From Octopus bimaculoides (Eukaryota), in assembly GCF_001194135.2 (NCBI RefSeq), contig NC_068986.1:111595507-111659506 (forward strand): a stretch of 64,000 nt of DNA. The letters run 5' to 3'. The translations under genes and the position numbers were made by a program. The notes below the pieces were generated by a model. It worked only from the letters and a program-made list of their open reading frames with translations. It was not told the DNA's origin and ran no database searches. Positions within the stretch are counted from its first letter, which is position 1; each line of letters starts with the position of its first letter. Below are positions 1 through 13,339 of the stretch, one piece after another.

Positions 1-3000
1 GAAACTGCTCTGAACTGGGAGAGACAAAAATAAATATATCATAAGCTGTCCTTGCAGAAGTAAGCGTCTTTAAAAACAAAGGGAAACAGGATAACTACAG
101 ACAACTGCTTCGAAATCCATCTCCTCTACTCAGATAATAAATTCACATTTATACCAACAATAATCGACCCACCTGGTTTTCTGAATAATTGCCTAAGTGA
201 CGATCTGGAAAAACTGGTATTTTAAGAAAAAGAAATCAACCAGCTAACACGCACATTACAAATTCAATCTCTAAGAAGAACTATAAAAATATGCAAGCTT
301 TTACTCAAATTCAAAATATCAATCATTATACATGATCATATTTATATATTTTTCCTTAATATATTTATCACTAATAGTATTAATAATTTTTTCTTTATTA
401 TGTTCTGAACAGTATACTTTTTGTTTTACTAGGCTTACCACTCACTGTTTTAGCATTAATGGGAATGAGTACAACTTACTTAAATAAAGTAAATCTAAAC
501 AACAATTGCATGCAATACACAATGTAATGTGTGTGGTCATAATCGATAATTTTGAAGCTTTCTGAAAGGTTAACAAATTCAGCTCAATTCTAAATTTTGG
601 CCACATTCTTTCATGTTCTGGCAACACCATCAAGCTTGCTTGGTGAGGAGGGTGGTTACTGGACACCATGCAAGACGAAAAATAAGCTCCGTCAAAGGGC
701 AGAAGAGATCATGAACAGTCAACAGCCTCTAATCTTTCAGTTATATCTGTAAATAAAAAGCGAAAGGTATCCTTTGTTCTATAAGAATCCACCGTACGCG
801 TTCAGAGAGATATGACTTTTACTTCTAACAGACTAAACAATACTCACAGAATGTTCGCTTGCTAAATACAACCCTCTTTCCTTCAGCTGGAGTGGGTTGC
901 ATTTGACTGAATTATCCGCTGTTGGATTACTGGTAATCTTTCCTTCTTACTTGGAAGGATAATAGTCATTCTCGTCGCACTTACATATTTAAAAAACAAT
1001 TATTTCTTAATGGGTGTAATACTGAGTTGCTGGATTTACGTTTTCAACGACATGTTCCAGATTATATCATGATTCTTGAGGGATATTTTATAGTTGTATT
1101 CAATTTCTTTCATTGGAGAATACTGCAAAATTATATCTATTAGTTCCTTCTTGGAGAAAATTATAGAGTTCCGTATAATCATCCTTGGAGAATATTGTAA
1201 AAGTGTGTTTCTTATAAAGTAGATATTTTATAATTGTATATTCATAACATTCTTCTGGGTGAAAGTAAGCAGCAAAATTTAGTCACGTGTTTCCAAGAAT
1301 GCCTGTGAATTGCACCTGGCATGTTCAATTAGTTCTCACGAATTACTGTACAATCACTTTACTATCCTAGGAATTAGTTTACATAGAAACTCCTTCGAAA
1401 ATATTGTCCTAGTTTAGACCCATTGCCGTCATCCAAACTCTGATATTATGTGTAGAAACACTGTTCCCTAGTATACGTTAACAGACAGGGACTGTCTTGT
1501 TGACAAAAGTATCACATGACTGAGAACTTTTGCAAATATTTTGACATTTCAAACCACCAAGCACAAGGATGCATTTTAAGTCATTTTAGGCTATATTAAG
1601 TTGAAGCAGTTGATAAGCTATTCTGCATCTGCACTGTGATCCCTAAATCTATAAGTTGGAAATTGGACAAAGACCGATTCTAGTAGGGAACATGTTGAAA
1701 TAAGGATGTACAGAGATACGTATTTAATGCATTCTTTTTAGACAGCGATTAGTATTTGTTTTTGATTCTGTTTTTTTTTTTTACAAAATTAGCACATATT
1801 GAGCTTGATGCTCATTGCATAGGAATGTTAGAGAAACGAAACGTTCAGAGAAACAGAAAAAGAGCGACGATTAGAGTTAATTACTTTTATCAGGTTTATT
1901 ACTCCTGAATGACTAAAAGTCTTTGTTCATTAATTTCTTTTCACATAAAACAGTAAATATATTACGGTTAACTTTCACTGCTTGCCTTCCACAGGGAATA
2001 TATCTCTCCGTAATAGCTGGGTTGTTGTTGCACTTCAATGTATCCTCTATTGTGCATATGCATAACATTTCTGTTATTACTGATCTGGAAAGAGCAGTAA
2101 AGACTTCGTTTCCCTGGTGAGTTCCAACTTCACAATTAGCATCTCCTGATTTGTCACCGTTTGCTTCAAAGCAGATCAATTTCATTTTAACCCATTACTT
2201 TTTACCAATAATTTTCCCAATTTTGATTAATTGATGTAGGTTTTCGACATATTTATGTAATTTGTGATTGGGATTATCCTCTGCTTTGCTGGAGGAGATT
2301 TAGATATTTGTCAATCATATTTTCTCAGCAAATCAGGAAGATTTTTTAAAAATTCAAATATGAGCACTCGCTGCATTGTGTTATCACCTATCATATTATA
2401 TAAATATATTTTTGTTCCGCCAGCAAATTGTCCCCACATTTCTTTCCAGATTTCTTGGATTTCTATCACAGTCACTCAATGTATTGTAGCGAAAATATTT
2501 TATTTGTTTCAATTATTATATTTCAACTGATTTGAACATTTATATTTTATCGTCAACAATTTGTTTCATTATTACAGAAAACACAAAATAAACGTAAAAC
2601 AAAAAAATATTTAATTTAATATACTGGAAATTGTTTTCATCTATAGAGAAAAAAAAGATTACAAAAACCAGAACCAGACACAATATGCCAACATTTCTTT
2701 AAATGAACGATTTCCAAGAAATCTATTACAAATCTTCGAGTCATATCCGACCGAAATTAGTCTAATAAAGAATTTTACGGTGACATGGTGATAAATGTTT
2801 CAAACAGACATTTACTGACAATTTACATAAAGCAAATGCATAAACGTTAACCGATCTTCATTGTTTTAGATATTTGTTAGACTTTTTTGTTTTGTTTTTG
2901 CGAAACTTTATTTTTGACATTTAGACAATATTGCTCTGTTTCCTGATATTTTATCTGCAAACATTAGTGCCCATCTTTTATTCTTTCTGTATAATTGAAA

Positions 3001-3137
3001 ACGCATTCTCTTGTCATTTCCGTAAACAAATTATAAAACCAAGTTCTTGGCAAGCGAAGAGCTCATTCTGTTTATCTGTTTATTGAATTAGATTGGATTC
3101 CTGACATCAACTATCGAACATGATGGAATATCTTCAG

Positions 3138-3141
<4 letters not shown>

Positions 3142-3222
<81 letters not shown>
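3142..3222. repeat. (CA)n microsatellite
   Basis: Uninterrupted CA run. One of many (CA)/(TA)/(GA) tracts in the window; only the largest are listed. Confidence 0.98.
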
Positions 3223-3223
<1 letters not shown>

Positions 3224-5589
3224 GAAATAACACATGCATAGATGTGTGCACATGAACACACACATGTATATACAATTAAATATATGTGAATCATATTGAT
3301 TTGATTTCATAAGTGTAACGTGGGCCTCTCTTCCTCTGACGCTCTTTACGTCTGCCTACCCAACTGCCTCACATTTTTCTTTTGCTTCCTTTCCTTCTTT
3401 CTTCCTTCCTTTCGTTCTCCCTCTTTCTCTCTTTCTCTCTCTCATTCACCTCTATCTCTCTTCGTGGTTCTTTCTCTTCCGGTAATGTGTGTATGATTGT
3501 GTGTGTACTAAAGAGTCGGTGTATATTTATGCCTGTCCATGTATATATGCGTTTCTGATTACAAGCTAATTATCTTATTTGTCAGTATATGAGTATGAAC
3601 TAGAAGCAAATGCATATAAAATTACACATTAGTAGCATTTACCGATTTTATATTGCCAAGGGGTCCACGAAGTAATTGCCAGAACATATTAAACGTCAGA
3701 ACTATGTTAGACATTTACTATTTTGTACGATTTATACAAGCTATTATTGAATTCAGTTAGTTGTCTTCAAGTTGTCAATCTAAATTGCTAACCATTTCCA
3801 TTTGGTATAGGGTTTGTGTGAGGTTTAATTCTCTCTAGATGGTTTGCATTCTTTCTTAAATAATTTTAAGAAATAAAGCAACATTCCTCACTGATGACTG
3901 ATGGAATTCGAACATTCCATCTCTTTTGAACTGGATTATGTCTGTCAATATTTTTAGAGATCTAAACTGGTGGACTGACAGCAAATACTGAATGATGGAA
4001 TAAACGCTTCGTGGTAATGACTTTTACCTACGCCTTACATCTGGTGTTCGAATGACAGATGAACTTCCGAGAGATAACATAAATACTTGTAAAGTGCTGG
4101 AGACCATTAAATCGTGTTTACGCTTTCTCCAAATGTACTCTCTCTCTCTAGTCTGAGTTAAGAATCAATATTTTGTCACTGTATTTAAGTGGGCTCACTA
4201 AGACTAATGTTCGTTTTATATTCCTATTTTCCTGGGTTCAAATCCATTTGAGTTTCGTTTGGATTCTTATCAAGCTTATTGCCCCGCAGCAAAAGTGGTC
4301 TGTTCAATATGTTATCTTAGCTGGATCCACCAGGCATTTCAGCCAGTTCGGTTTTATTATTTTTTTTTTGCTCAGTTCAAATAATGTTAATCTCATTCCT
4401 GGTTGTTCGCACACTATTTTCCTATTCTCATTTTGCAGCTTGTTAATCCAAGAGCATCTTCCTTAAGTGTGTAAAGAACAAAGCCTTGCAGTAAAAGAGA
4501 ATTTAATATATGTTGTACATAGTAAGATCCTTACAGAAATATATAACAACAGATTATATTAGGCTTTCTGATTCCCAGCTGGCAATCCGAGTTTCTCGAC
4601 TCTCGCTGGTGATGAAAAGGAAACATTTCCTTTCAATCACACCATACGGACATGTATGATATATTCTAATTTGAAATGGACGCAAAGTACGAGTAAACGA
4701 TAACATGTTCATGATAGAATATTAGGTGTTTGTTAACAGGACTTCTCTGTACACGTTCTGAGATTAAACAACTATGCTGAATTTCTCTACAAAGCAGTAA
4801 ATAATTGATGTTTTTTTGGCTCAAAAAAATACTTTTATTCTATCTTCGTGCTGATAATTTTACCCTCGGCGACTACAGACTGTTTTGTAAACTTGATAAA
4901 TGAAATAAAGCTAATAGAAGTATATCACTATATCTAACTCAATCGCTGCTAAACCTTTTCTACACCCAAATCGCCTCATAAAGCAGGCATCTGTTACGAG
5001 GTCCAAAAAACACACTTTGTATGTAAGTGATAGAGAGAGAGAAAGAGAGTGAAGGAGTAAGTGAGAGAGAGAGAGAGAGAAAGAAAGAGAGAGAAAGTAA
5101 CATAGAGACAGAGAGTATAAGTCTGTCTGCTGCATGACTACCTAACAATACGTTAGCCGTGAAAAGTGACATCAATATTTGATGACTCCTCGCAGTTTAG
5201 CTGTTTTCGAATAACAAAAACAAAAAAATCTCGTTAGTTGCATATATCAGTGAAATCTTGCTTAATTTAAACACCATAGTCTCTAAAACTAAAGACGTTA
5301 AAAACGATCTAGTTCTTGATATACCAAATAAAACGGAATAATCAGGTTTCGAACGTATTTTCACATAAATCTTATTCATAAAATCTGATCTAGTTTTAAA
5401 CATCAAGAAGCAAATTTACCTAACAGCAGCGAGTGAAGAACTAAGCTCTGTTGCTCAAACTCTTAGATATAAGGTGGTATCAAAGAGTTCCTGGACTAGT
5501 TATGTCTAATAAAAATAATTTATTTACCAAAGTTTTAGTATCGTCTTCGAAATAGTTACCTTGCGCGGCAATACCCACCACTTATTCCA

Positions 5590-6086
5590 TCAGATAAGCA
5601 ATGCCCCTGTCCCTTGCGTCGGCTTCAGCTCCCTCTTCCACTTTGCTTTGCTACGTCCATCAGCAAATCCCAAGGGCAAACATTAACAACGACAGGCCTT
5701 CATTTAGGCCAACCATGCTTCTCATGCGGCCTCACCATAATATGGATGCTCAAGAGACGGACGCAAGAAAAAACCTTTTCCTTTTCGCCCCGGAAACGAA
5801 AAATGTCGTCTACCATGAGGTGCTGTAAGCCATCCAACATACCACAGCTTCCCTGCGGAACAGGTTTATGGTGAGTGAGTACTATTGTTGCCATTTTTTC
5901 AAAATTACTTGTTTTTCTTAAGTCTTTTTTTTTTTTTATTTTCTCCGCTACAGCTTCTCCGTCGTCTTGCAGATGGCTTGAGTTTTGGCATTACTGCACC
6001 CACTGCTTTTCATGTGAACGAAAAAGGACGTGTATACGTGTGAACAGTTAACAATCTTTTACAGCGCTATTGTGAGAACGATAATA
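5590..6086 (+). mobile_element. Helitron-type (PIF1-like helicase) C-terminal fragment nested in the mariner
   Basis: Frames read LRRLQLPLPLCFATSISKSQGQTLTTTGLHLGQPCFSCG / GCSRDG / KNLFLFAPETKNVVYHEVL*. This matches the Helitron helicase end FKRLQFPVRLAFAMTINKSQGQ..PCFSHGQLYVACSRVG..LFV.AP..TKNVVY. Confidence 0.85.
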
Positions 6087-6702
6087 CCGTTCATGCCACT
6101 CTTGGAATCCGGCCTAGAAATCGTGTTCTGTAAGCGAGTAGTGGACTTTCTGCGACTCGCTATTGACCTCCCCAACGGTGTTAAAACGGCGACCTTTGAA
6201 CTACTTTTTAATCTTGAGTAAGAGATGGAAGTCTGCGGGTGCCAAATCTGGTCAGTAGGGCGGATGCGGAAACGATACCATGCTTTTGCGAGAAACTTTC
6301 AAGTGAAGAGTGCTCGATAACAAGGTGCATTGTCTTTGAGAAGAATCCAGGCGTCAGGATTGCCTGCACGGACACATAGAACAGACCAAATATATCAGCA
6401 ATGTCGTTGGTTGCCCTCCAGCGATCCTCATGCACAATCTGGTTAATTTTTTCTACATTTCCGGGGGTGACGTTCGTGGCAGGTCTCCCAGAATGCTCAT
6501 CGTCTTCTAAGGGCCTTCTTCCGCGTTTGAAGCGTCCGTACCACTCGAAATGTTGCGTAAGACTTATTGCCTCGACGCCGTACTTTCGCCACAGCATGCT
6601 TAATGACTCTGTAGCAGACTTCAAAGGGTTAACGCAAAATTTCATATTGGCGCTTTGTTCCAGCTTCTTGCCCACGACAAAATGGCAGACTATAGCATAC
6701 AT
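6087..6702 (-). pseudogene. Mariner transposase pseudogene (HTH region plus part of the catalytic domain)
   Basis: EQSANMKFCV..FEWYGRFKRGRRPLEDDEHSGRP..VQAILT, then a deletion to WILLKDNAPC..HPPY*PDLAP-like and FQEWHER across frameshifts. The C-terminal AAQGNYFEDD resumes below 5589, on the far side of the insertion. Confidence 0.88.
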
Positions 6703-7905
6703 GTGATCAGAAAAACACAGATTTCACAACTTGCGAAGTCAACTTAACGATGTCACTCGGTACACTGCCTCATGAAGGTCACTGCTAGCTCTCACTGTGC
6801 TGCCATTAACCGTGTGTTGCCAGCAACCAAATAGTGCTATCTATTGGTGCGCTATAGAACTAGCTCGGGAAATTTTTGATACCACCTCGTATAACTGTTA
6901 ATTCTCCTGCAAATGGCACTATGCTGCTATAAAGAAAGCATAAGATGGCTAATGTAAAACTATAAAGAACAGATCGATAATAGAACTGTTTACATGTCTG
7001 TATTTCATAAATTAGATGAAAACTCACTGGAGAGTGATGTCTTCGTCCTTCCAAAAGCAATGCTTGTTTGTAACTATTGCTAGCTAGTATGACAGGATTC
7101 GTATGTGGAGAAAAATATATAATAATGTGATTATAAAAAAATATATATATTTCCATTCCGGAATAACATCCATTATTCATAATAAAGTTTTATTTCTACT
7201 GAATAATGAGAGTATTTGTTATGTATAGTCACGAACATATTCACAACACGTGTAGAATTTCAACACATGAATTCCTTTTAGGATGACATGTTGTTTAATG
7301 TAACATTGAAACAAACATAATCCTGATGCAATGCCCTGCAAAATGTTCTCAAGTATTTCTGTTGCAAGTCAATGTCTACCATCCATCCAAAACGTATTTT
7401 TCGCCTTTTTGTAAGAACAGACGGTTTCACTTCACTACTCTGTCTTTGGACGTAGCTGTCTGGGTTTTGTTAATTTTCTAGCAACAGCGACACATATTTT
7501 GGCAACATACTTAAGTATTCTGAGAAAAGTTTTTTTCAAAAATACATATCAAAACGTGAGCTAGTCTCGTAACGGCTTAGTTTTTTGATCAAATAAAATT
7601 TTCAATGAAGTCTTCCTGAAATCATACCCTGTCGTCTTAAAAAAGAGAACTGCATTTCAGAAACTGTACCCCCAAAATATTTAGTGTTTTAACAAGGGAA
7701 AAATAAGATATAAAAATTTTGAATTTCTTTCGTTATAGATTTCTAGTCGTACTATTGAGCTAAAGAAGATGCTCATAATATGGGTAGCAACAAATACACA
7801 AAAATTGGATTAGAAAAGCAATATTCAAGAATATATATTCATATATTGAATCAGTAACGATTCTTGTTTTACCAAAGACTTTAAAATATGCATATNNNNN
7901 NNNNN

Positions 7906-7939
<34 letters not shown>

Positions 7940-10900
7940 AGAGAGAGAGGCGGAGGAGCAGAGAAAGCAAAAAATACAGTGATGTATGCTGAATGTTGGG
8001 GAATGTAACCACATGTCAAGCCACATATGTGAATGGATATATTGTGTTCGTTTGAAATTTCAGTTATTTATCTAATAATAAGAGAATGAAATATCTTTAC
8101 TATATAATTACAAGTTGGTAAAAATTGGCACATTTGCATATAAGAAGCAGTATTTTGTGAGAGAATAATTTTTAGAAAACTGCATATTTCAATATGTAGT
8201 TTGGAATCATTTTAAATGGGGGAGCCAGTCTCTGAATATCGGTAAAATATCGATTTTATCAGTTGCAATTTCCAGTTTGAATTAAGAAATAATAACTGAC
8301 ACAGAAATAAAGACTCTAAAATAAAGAATTTTGTTGTGGAATTTATTAAGAAAACGAACTTTTTAAAGAACTATTTAGGTGCCGAAACATCAACAACGGG
8401 CTAATTAAAAACCATTATATGATCGGTGGTCAAAAACAATGATTTTAATTATAAATTATCGATTAATAGAATTTTCTCGAAGCATAACAAAGGAACAATA
8501 GAATTCAATGCAGCTTGTTCTCTTGCCAAGCCTCAGATAAGATGCAGGCTTTTTTGGAAATAGAACTACTGAAACGATCTTTATATTTGACATTGTGTGC
8601 ATGTACTAACTTTAGGCCGGCGAGAAAAAATAGAATAAAGTATTTTAATTTTGCATGTTCAATCATGCCATATTTGTGTGAGTGTGTATATTCTAGCTGG
8701 TCTACGTGTGTGTGTGTGTGCCCAGTGGTGCAGGAGTGTGTGCGGGACTGCTTGTGTATAGTGTAGAATGTGGGTTTCAATATTGTCTGGCATCACTAAT
8801 ATTGATTTCTAACTTCAGTTGAGGGCTTAAACATTTTGGAGCATAGTATTGCCGATTAATAATCGACTAAAATCTGGTACTTATATTTGCCAATGATGGA
8901 GAAATTTCATGAACACTCCACGCGCTGGAAGTGACAGCTAAACACCCCCAAACCATACCTTAATGTTTTAAAATCACGGGTATATTTGAAAAGGTAATTA
9001 TTGATCTTGAAAGGGCAGGGTGCACCGGAATATTTTATCATTGATCATAAGGCTCCTTGCAATTATTTTATCAATCCAGGATGGTAAAATACAGAATAGA
9101 TACTGTCATTGTTTCAATTAAAACGAAAAAATAAAAAAAAACAATTAACGAAATACCAGTGGTCATACTACTTGACAATCCGGTTCAGTCCAGCAACTAG
9201 CGGCCATGATAATGGTAGCAGCTTCTCTTCTATAATAATTTATAGGTTTGAACATGGAAATCAAGAATAATCATTTCTGTAAAATACACACGATAGAATA
9301 TTTTGGAAGGTGTTGGCAAACGTTCAATTATATTGAAACCAGAGCTTGACTGCTATGTTTATTTGTCAAATCTGGAATGTTGAATGCAAATTCGAGTTCA
9401 CCAAATCCTAAAATCAGAAGATATATATTCTTCATTATATACGGTAAAGCATTGTGTCTGCTCTTTTAAGGATTCTGCCAGTCCAATTCTCTAAATAACA
9501 GTTTTTCCTTAGATACGCGCACAATCTTTAAGTCACGGAGAAGAGGCAGTCGATACTGTCAACTTCAGTATTTTACATCTGATTCATAATATTGTTCATG
9601 TAAAGATGATATATAAAGTCGGTATTGGTGGAATTTGAACCCCACACTTTGAGACGAATGACGTTGTGCACTAAATTATTTTCTCGAACGCCCAATTGTT
9701 TGGACACATAAAGTAAAATAAAAATAATTGTAGTTGCTGAGAGGATACACCATAGAGACTGTCACATCAACGACAACAAAATACTTTTGTTATTCAAAAT
9801 GTTATATCATATTGAAGGTTTTGTGAAATAGATATGATACATTTTCCAAATATTTTGAAAGGAGAGAGATGTGTGTTACCGAAACAAAATACAAATATAT
9901 TTAACAGAAATATGCGATACATACCCGTATATGCGCGTGTGTATGTTTGTGNNNNNNNNNNNNNNNNNNNNNNNNNNNNNNNNNNNNNNNNNNNNNNNNN
10001 NNNNNNNNNNNNNNNNNNNNNNNNNNNNNNNNNNNNNNNNNNNNNNNNNNNNNNNNNNNNNNNNNNNNNNNNNNNNNNNNNNNNNNNNNNNNNNNNNNNN
10101 NNNNNNNNNNNNNNNNNNNNNNNNNNNNNNNNNNNNNNNNNNNNNNNNNNNNNNNNNNNNNNNNNNNNNNNNNNNNNNNNNNNNNNNNNNNNNNNNNNNN
10201 NNNNNNNNNNNNNNNNNNNNNNNNNNNNNNNNNNNNNNNNNNNNNNNNNNNNNNNNNNNNNNNNNNNNNNNNNNNNNNNNNNNNNNNNNNNNNNNNNNNN
10301 NNNNNNNNNNNNNNNNNNNNNNNNNNNNNNNNNNNNNNNNNNNNNNNNNNNNNNNNNNNNNNNNNNNNNNNNNNNNNNNNNNNNNNNNNNNNNNNNNNNN
10401 NNNNNNNNNNNNNNNNNNNNNNNNNNNNNNNNNNNNNNNNNNNNNNNNNNNNNNNNNNNNNNNNNNNNNNNNNNNNNNNNNNNNNNNNNNNNNNNNNNNN
10501 NNNNNNNNNNNNNNNNNNNNNNNNNNNNNNNNNNNNNNNNNNNNNNNNNNNNNNNNNNNNNNNNNNNNNNNNNNNNNNNNNNNNNNNNNNNNNNNNNNNN
10601 NNNNNNNNNNNNNNNNNNNNNNNNNNNNNNNNNNNNNNNNNNNNNNNNNNNNNNNNNNNNNNNNNNNNNNNNNNNNNNNNNNNNNNNNNNNNNNNNNNNN
10701 NNNNNNNNNNGTATATATATATATATATATATTTGCTGGCCCTGTACCAAAATCTAAAACCAATATTTCAAATCTAACAGAAATACTTAACATGAGTCAG
10801 ATGCGAGAAAGAAAAAAAAAAATAATAATACAAAAATATTGTGTCTTAGAGAGAGGAGTCAGAAAACGGTAGAAAGGTATTTGAAGAGACATTGAGTGCA

Positions 10901-11509
10901 TTATCAAGAGGACAGTTAAAAGAAATATAACAAGGAAGATTGCGGTTTGCACGGAAGCAAGAATGGAATATGGCAGCAAATATATATATGATCTTGAAAA
11001 GCAAGGCTGCAGCCAGGAAACAAGGTGAATTAGTGCAACACAAACGTATAAATTGGCACAACAAATAACACCAGAAATATAACGTATCCATATTTGTTCT
11101 CCATTGACAAGAAGTCATAGCTCAGATATAATTCTGTAGTGGACAGCATGAAACCTTGCCTGTTATTATTTTTATATTTATTATACACACAATTATACAC
11201 ACATACACACAAACGCATACACACAGTCACAGATATTTTATATGAGTGTGTGAGTGCGATATATATAGGGATCATTGTCGTTTCAGTCACAGCATGTCAG
11301 AATCTTAAAAAAAGGTTTTAATGTAGCACATAGATGTAAGTCATAACGCTGAACTCGAATTAGTTATTCATTTATTCCATAAAACATTTGCGAAAATGTT
11401 ACAGGTGTTGAAAGTTTGATAATTTTCTAAATTTTCAGCCAGTCAGAAAACATGGCGTTCGCTGCGTCTTCCATCATCTGTGATAGTAGCGAGAAGTGGG
11501 CGTCGGCAT

Positions 11510-11740
11510 GTCAAAACATTACAGATAACGGTGAAAGACATTAAAACATAAGCGTGAGCAAATTAAATATTTAAAAGCTACGAGCAAACCGACTGGAGTT
11601 GCGAGAGATAACAGTCAAAACATTAAAAAGTACACGAGGAATGTAAACAGTGAAAGACATTAAAACACGCAAGCAAATTAATTATTTAAAACATTCGAGC
11701 AAACCAACTGTAGTTGCTAGAAATAACAGTCAAATCATTG
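11510..11740. repeat. Diverged tandem duplication, about 119 bp period
   Basis: GTGAAAGACATTAAAACA..GCAAATTAA.TATTTAAAA..CGAGCAAACC.ACTG.AGTTGC..ATAACAGTCAAA.CATT starts at 11531 and again at 11650. Confidence 0.85.
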
Positions 11741-12814
11741 CTTAAAACAGACGTTTATTACTTAAAAGTTCATGAACGATAGTTTTCAATACACTCTAGA
11801 ATCTTATCGAATAGATTATTTTTTCTCATATTTCCTTCCTGACATAAATTTGCAATGATACGCGTCAACCATGGGACGGTGTGTCCGACATCGGCGTTTG
11901 TATCAACGCTTTAAAGAAGCACATGTACTGAAAGCGAGGGGAGCAAGTGGTGTGTGGGAGAGTTGGAGTAACGGAAGAGTGGGAGTGAAGATGCAGGGGA
12001 GTGGATCGGGGAGGAAGGGGAGTGTGTTGTGGCATCGGGTGGGACGGGATGAAAGAGAGCGAGAAAGTCATGGAAAATCTGCTTTAGATGGATGATGAAG
12101 CGTAAGGTGGAATATGCGAAAATGCTCGAATAAGCGAAAGGGAAAAGGCGTCCTAGGGTGTGCACTATGGAGAGATTAGAACGAACAGTGGTAGGCATTA
12201 CGCGGTAGGGAATTGTGCGGAGTATGGGTAAGAGGGCAGAGGCAGAATGGAAGTAGGGTGGAAACGGATGCGGGAACCTTTGGAGATGAGGTAGTGGTGA
12301 GGACAGCTACTGAGAAAGAAACATGGCTATAGAGCCGTGTTTTTTGAAAAATCAATTGGGAAGGTGGAAATCAGCTGAAAAGAAGCGTGGTAGGATGATT
12401 TTTTTTTTCAGGCTGTGGTGACGGAGGAAGGATTTATAATTAGGAATGCTGGAAAGAAAAAATAACTGAGATAACCACTTGAGCGTATATTATTTTGAAT
12501 ATATGTTAATTTCCAAGTTTTACTTATATCCTGATTCTTGACTTTCAGTTTGTAATATTTGATAAGACGGACATTCACATGGAAAAGAGTAATATTTTAT
12601 AAAAGACATTTAATGTAACAAATACAAAAGTTCTTATGGTGTCCGATGAAGCAAATCATTTTCCAAAAGATTGCTGCAGTCATTATATTTTGTCTATTAT
12701 GGTGTATTCCTTTGAAAGTTTTAGCCAAAGAAAATACACTTAGTACGTATATGTTTAAGCCTGATAGTTATTTTATCGATGTCTTTCACCGAACTATTAA
12801 CTGAAAGGGACTTA

Positions 12815-12995
12815 AGCAACCCAACACCGCTTGTCAAGCGGCGTTGTTGAAAGAACGCATACACACACACAGATACGGCGGACGTCTTTTCGTTTTCGCC
12901 TAACAAATCCACTGAATCGTTTGCCCAAGGTTCACCGCAATAAGTCTGAACCCGGAGCCACTTGGTCAGGAAACAAACGTCTTAACATACAGCCA
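12815..12995 (-). mobile_element. Degenerate tRNA-derived SINE
   Basis: CAACACCGCTTGTCAAGCGG, (CA)n, CAAATCCAC, TTGCCCAAGG and CTGAACCCGG (B-box reverse complement), recognised from memory as a cephalopod-type SINE. Confidence 0.55.
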
Positions 12996-13241
12996 ATATA
13001 TAAACATATTTATATGTATGTGTGTATGTGTGTGCGTGTGTGTGGATAGACAGAAAAAGAGAGAAAGAGAGGGAGAGAGCGAAAGAAAGAGAGAGAAAGA
13101 AAGATAGAGAAAGCGAGAGAGAGAAAAAGTGCTGAGTGTCTTACGTCGCAGGAATATGCTAGTATTGTGCACCTGCACAAGTTCTAATTCACATCTTTTA
13201 TCCACTTTCTTCCACCTCCTCCTGCTCTTCTTCTTGATTAA

Positions 13242-13259
13242 TATTATTATTATTATTAC

Positions 13260-13328
<69 letters not shown>

Positions 13329-13339
13329 CATTATTATTT
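13242..13339. repeat. (ATT)n microsatellite
   Basis: Near-perfect ATT run; source of the poly-Ile ORFs. Confidence 0.98.

Larger units (their letters stand above)
5468..6891 (-). mobile_element. Mariner DNA transposon, internally deleted and interrupted by a nested insertion
   Basis: Diverged TIRs: TATAAGGTGGTATCAAAGAGTTCCTGGACTAGT at 5468-5500, and the reverse complement of 6859-6893, TATACGAGGTGGTATCAAAAATTTCCCGAGCTAGT. Transposase fragments lie on the minus strand. Confidence 0.9.

Noticed and set aside
1075-1245. Recurring TTGGAGAA and GATATTTTTATA words
   Set aside because: Probably a very old minisatellite; the period is irregular and there is no further structure.
3655-4140. Possible Tc1/mariner right end on the minus strand (GGCAATTACTTCGTGGACCCC)
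   Set aside because: No partner TIR and no convincing transposase motif.
8860-9700. Several faint SINE-core-like traces
   Set aside because: Too degenerate to delimit reliably.
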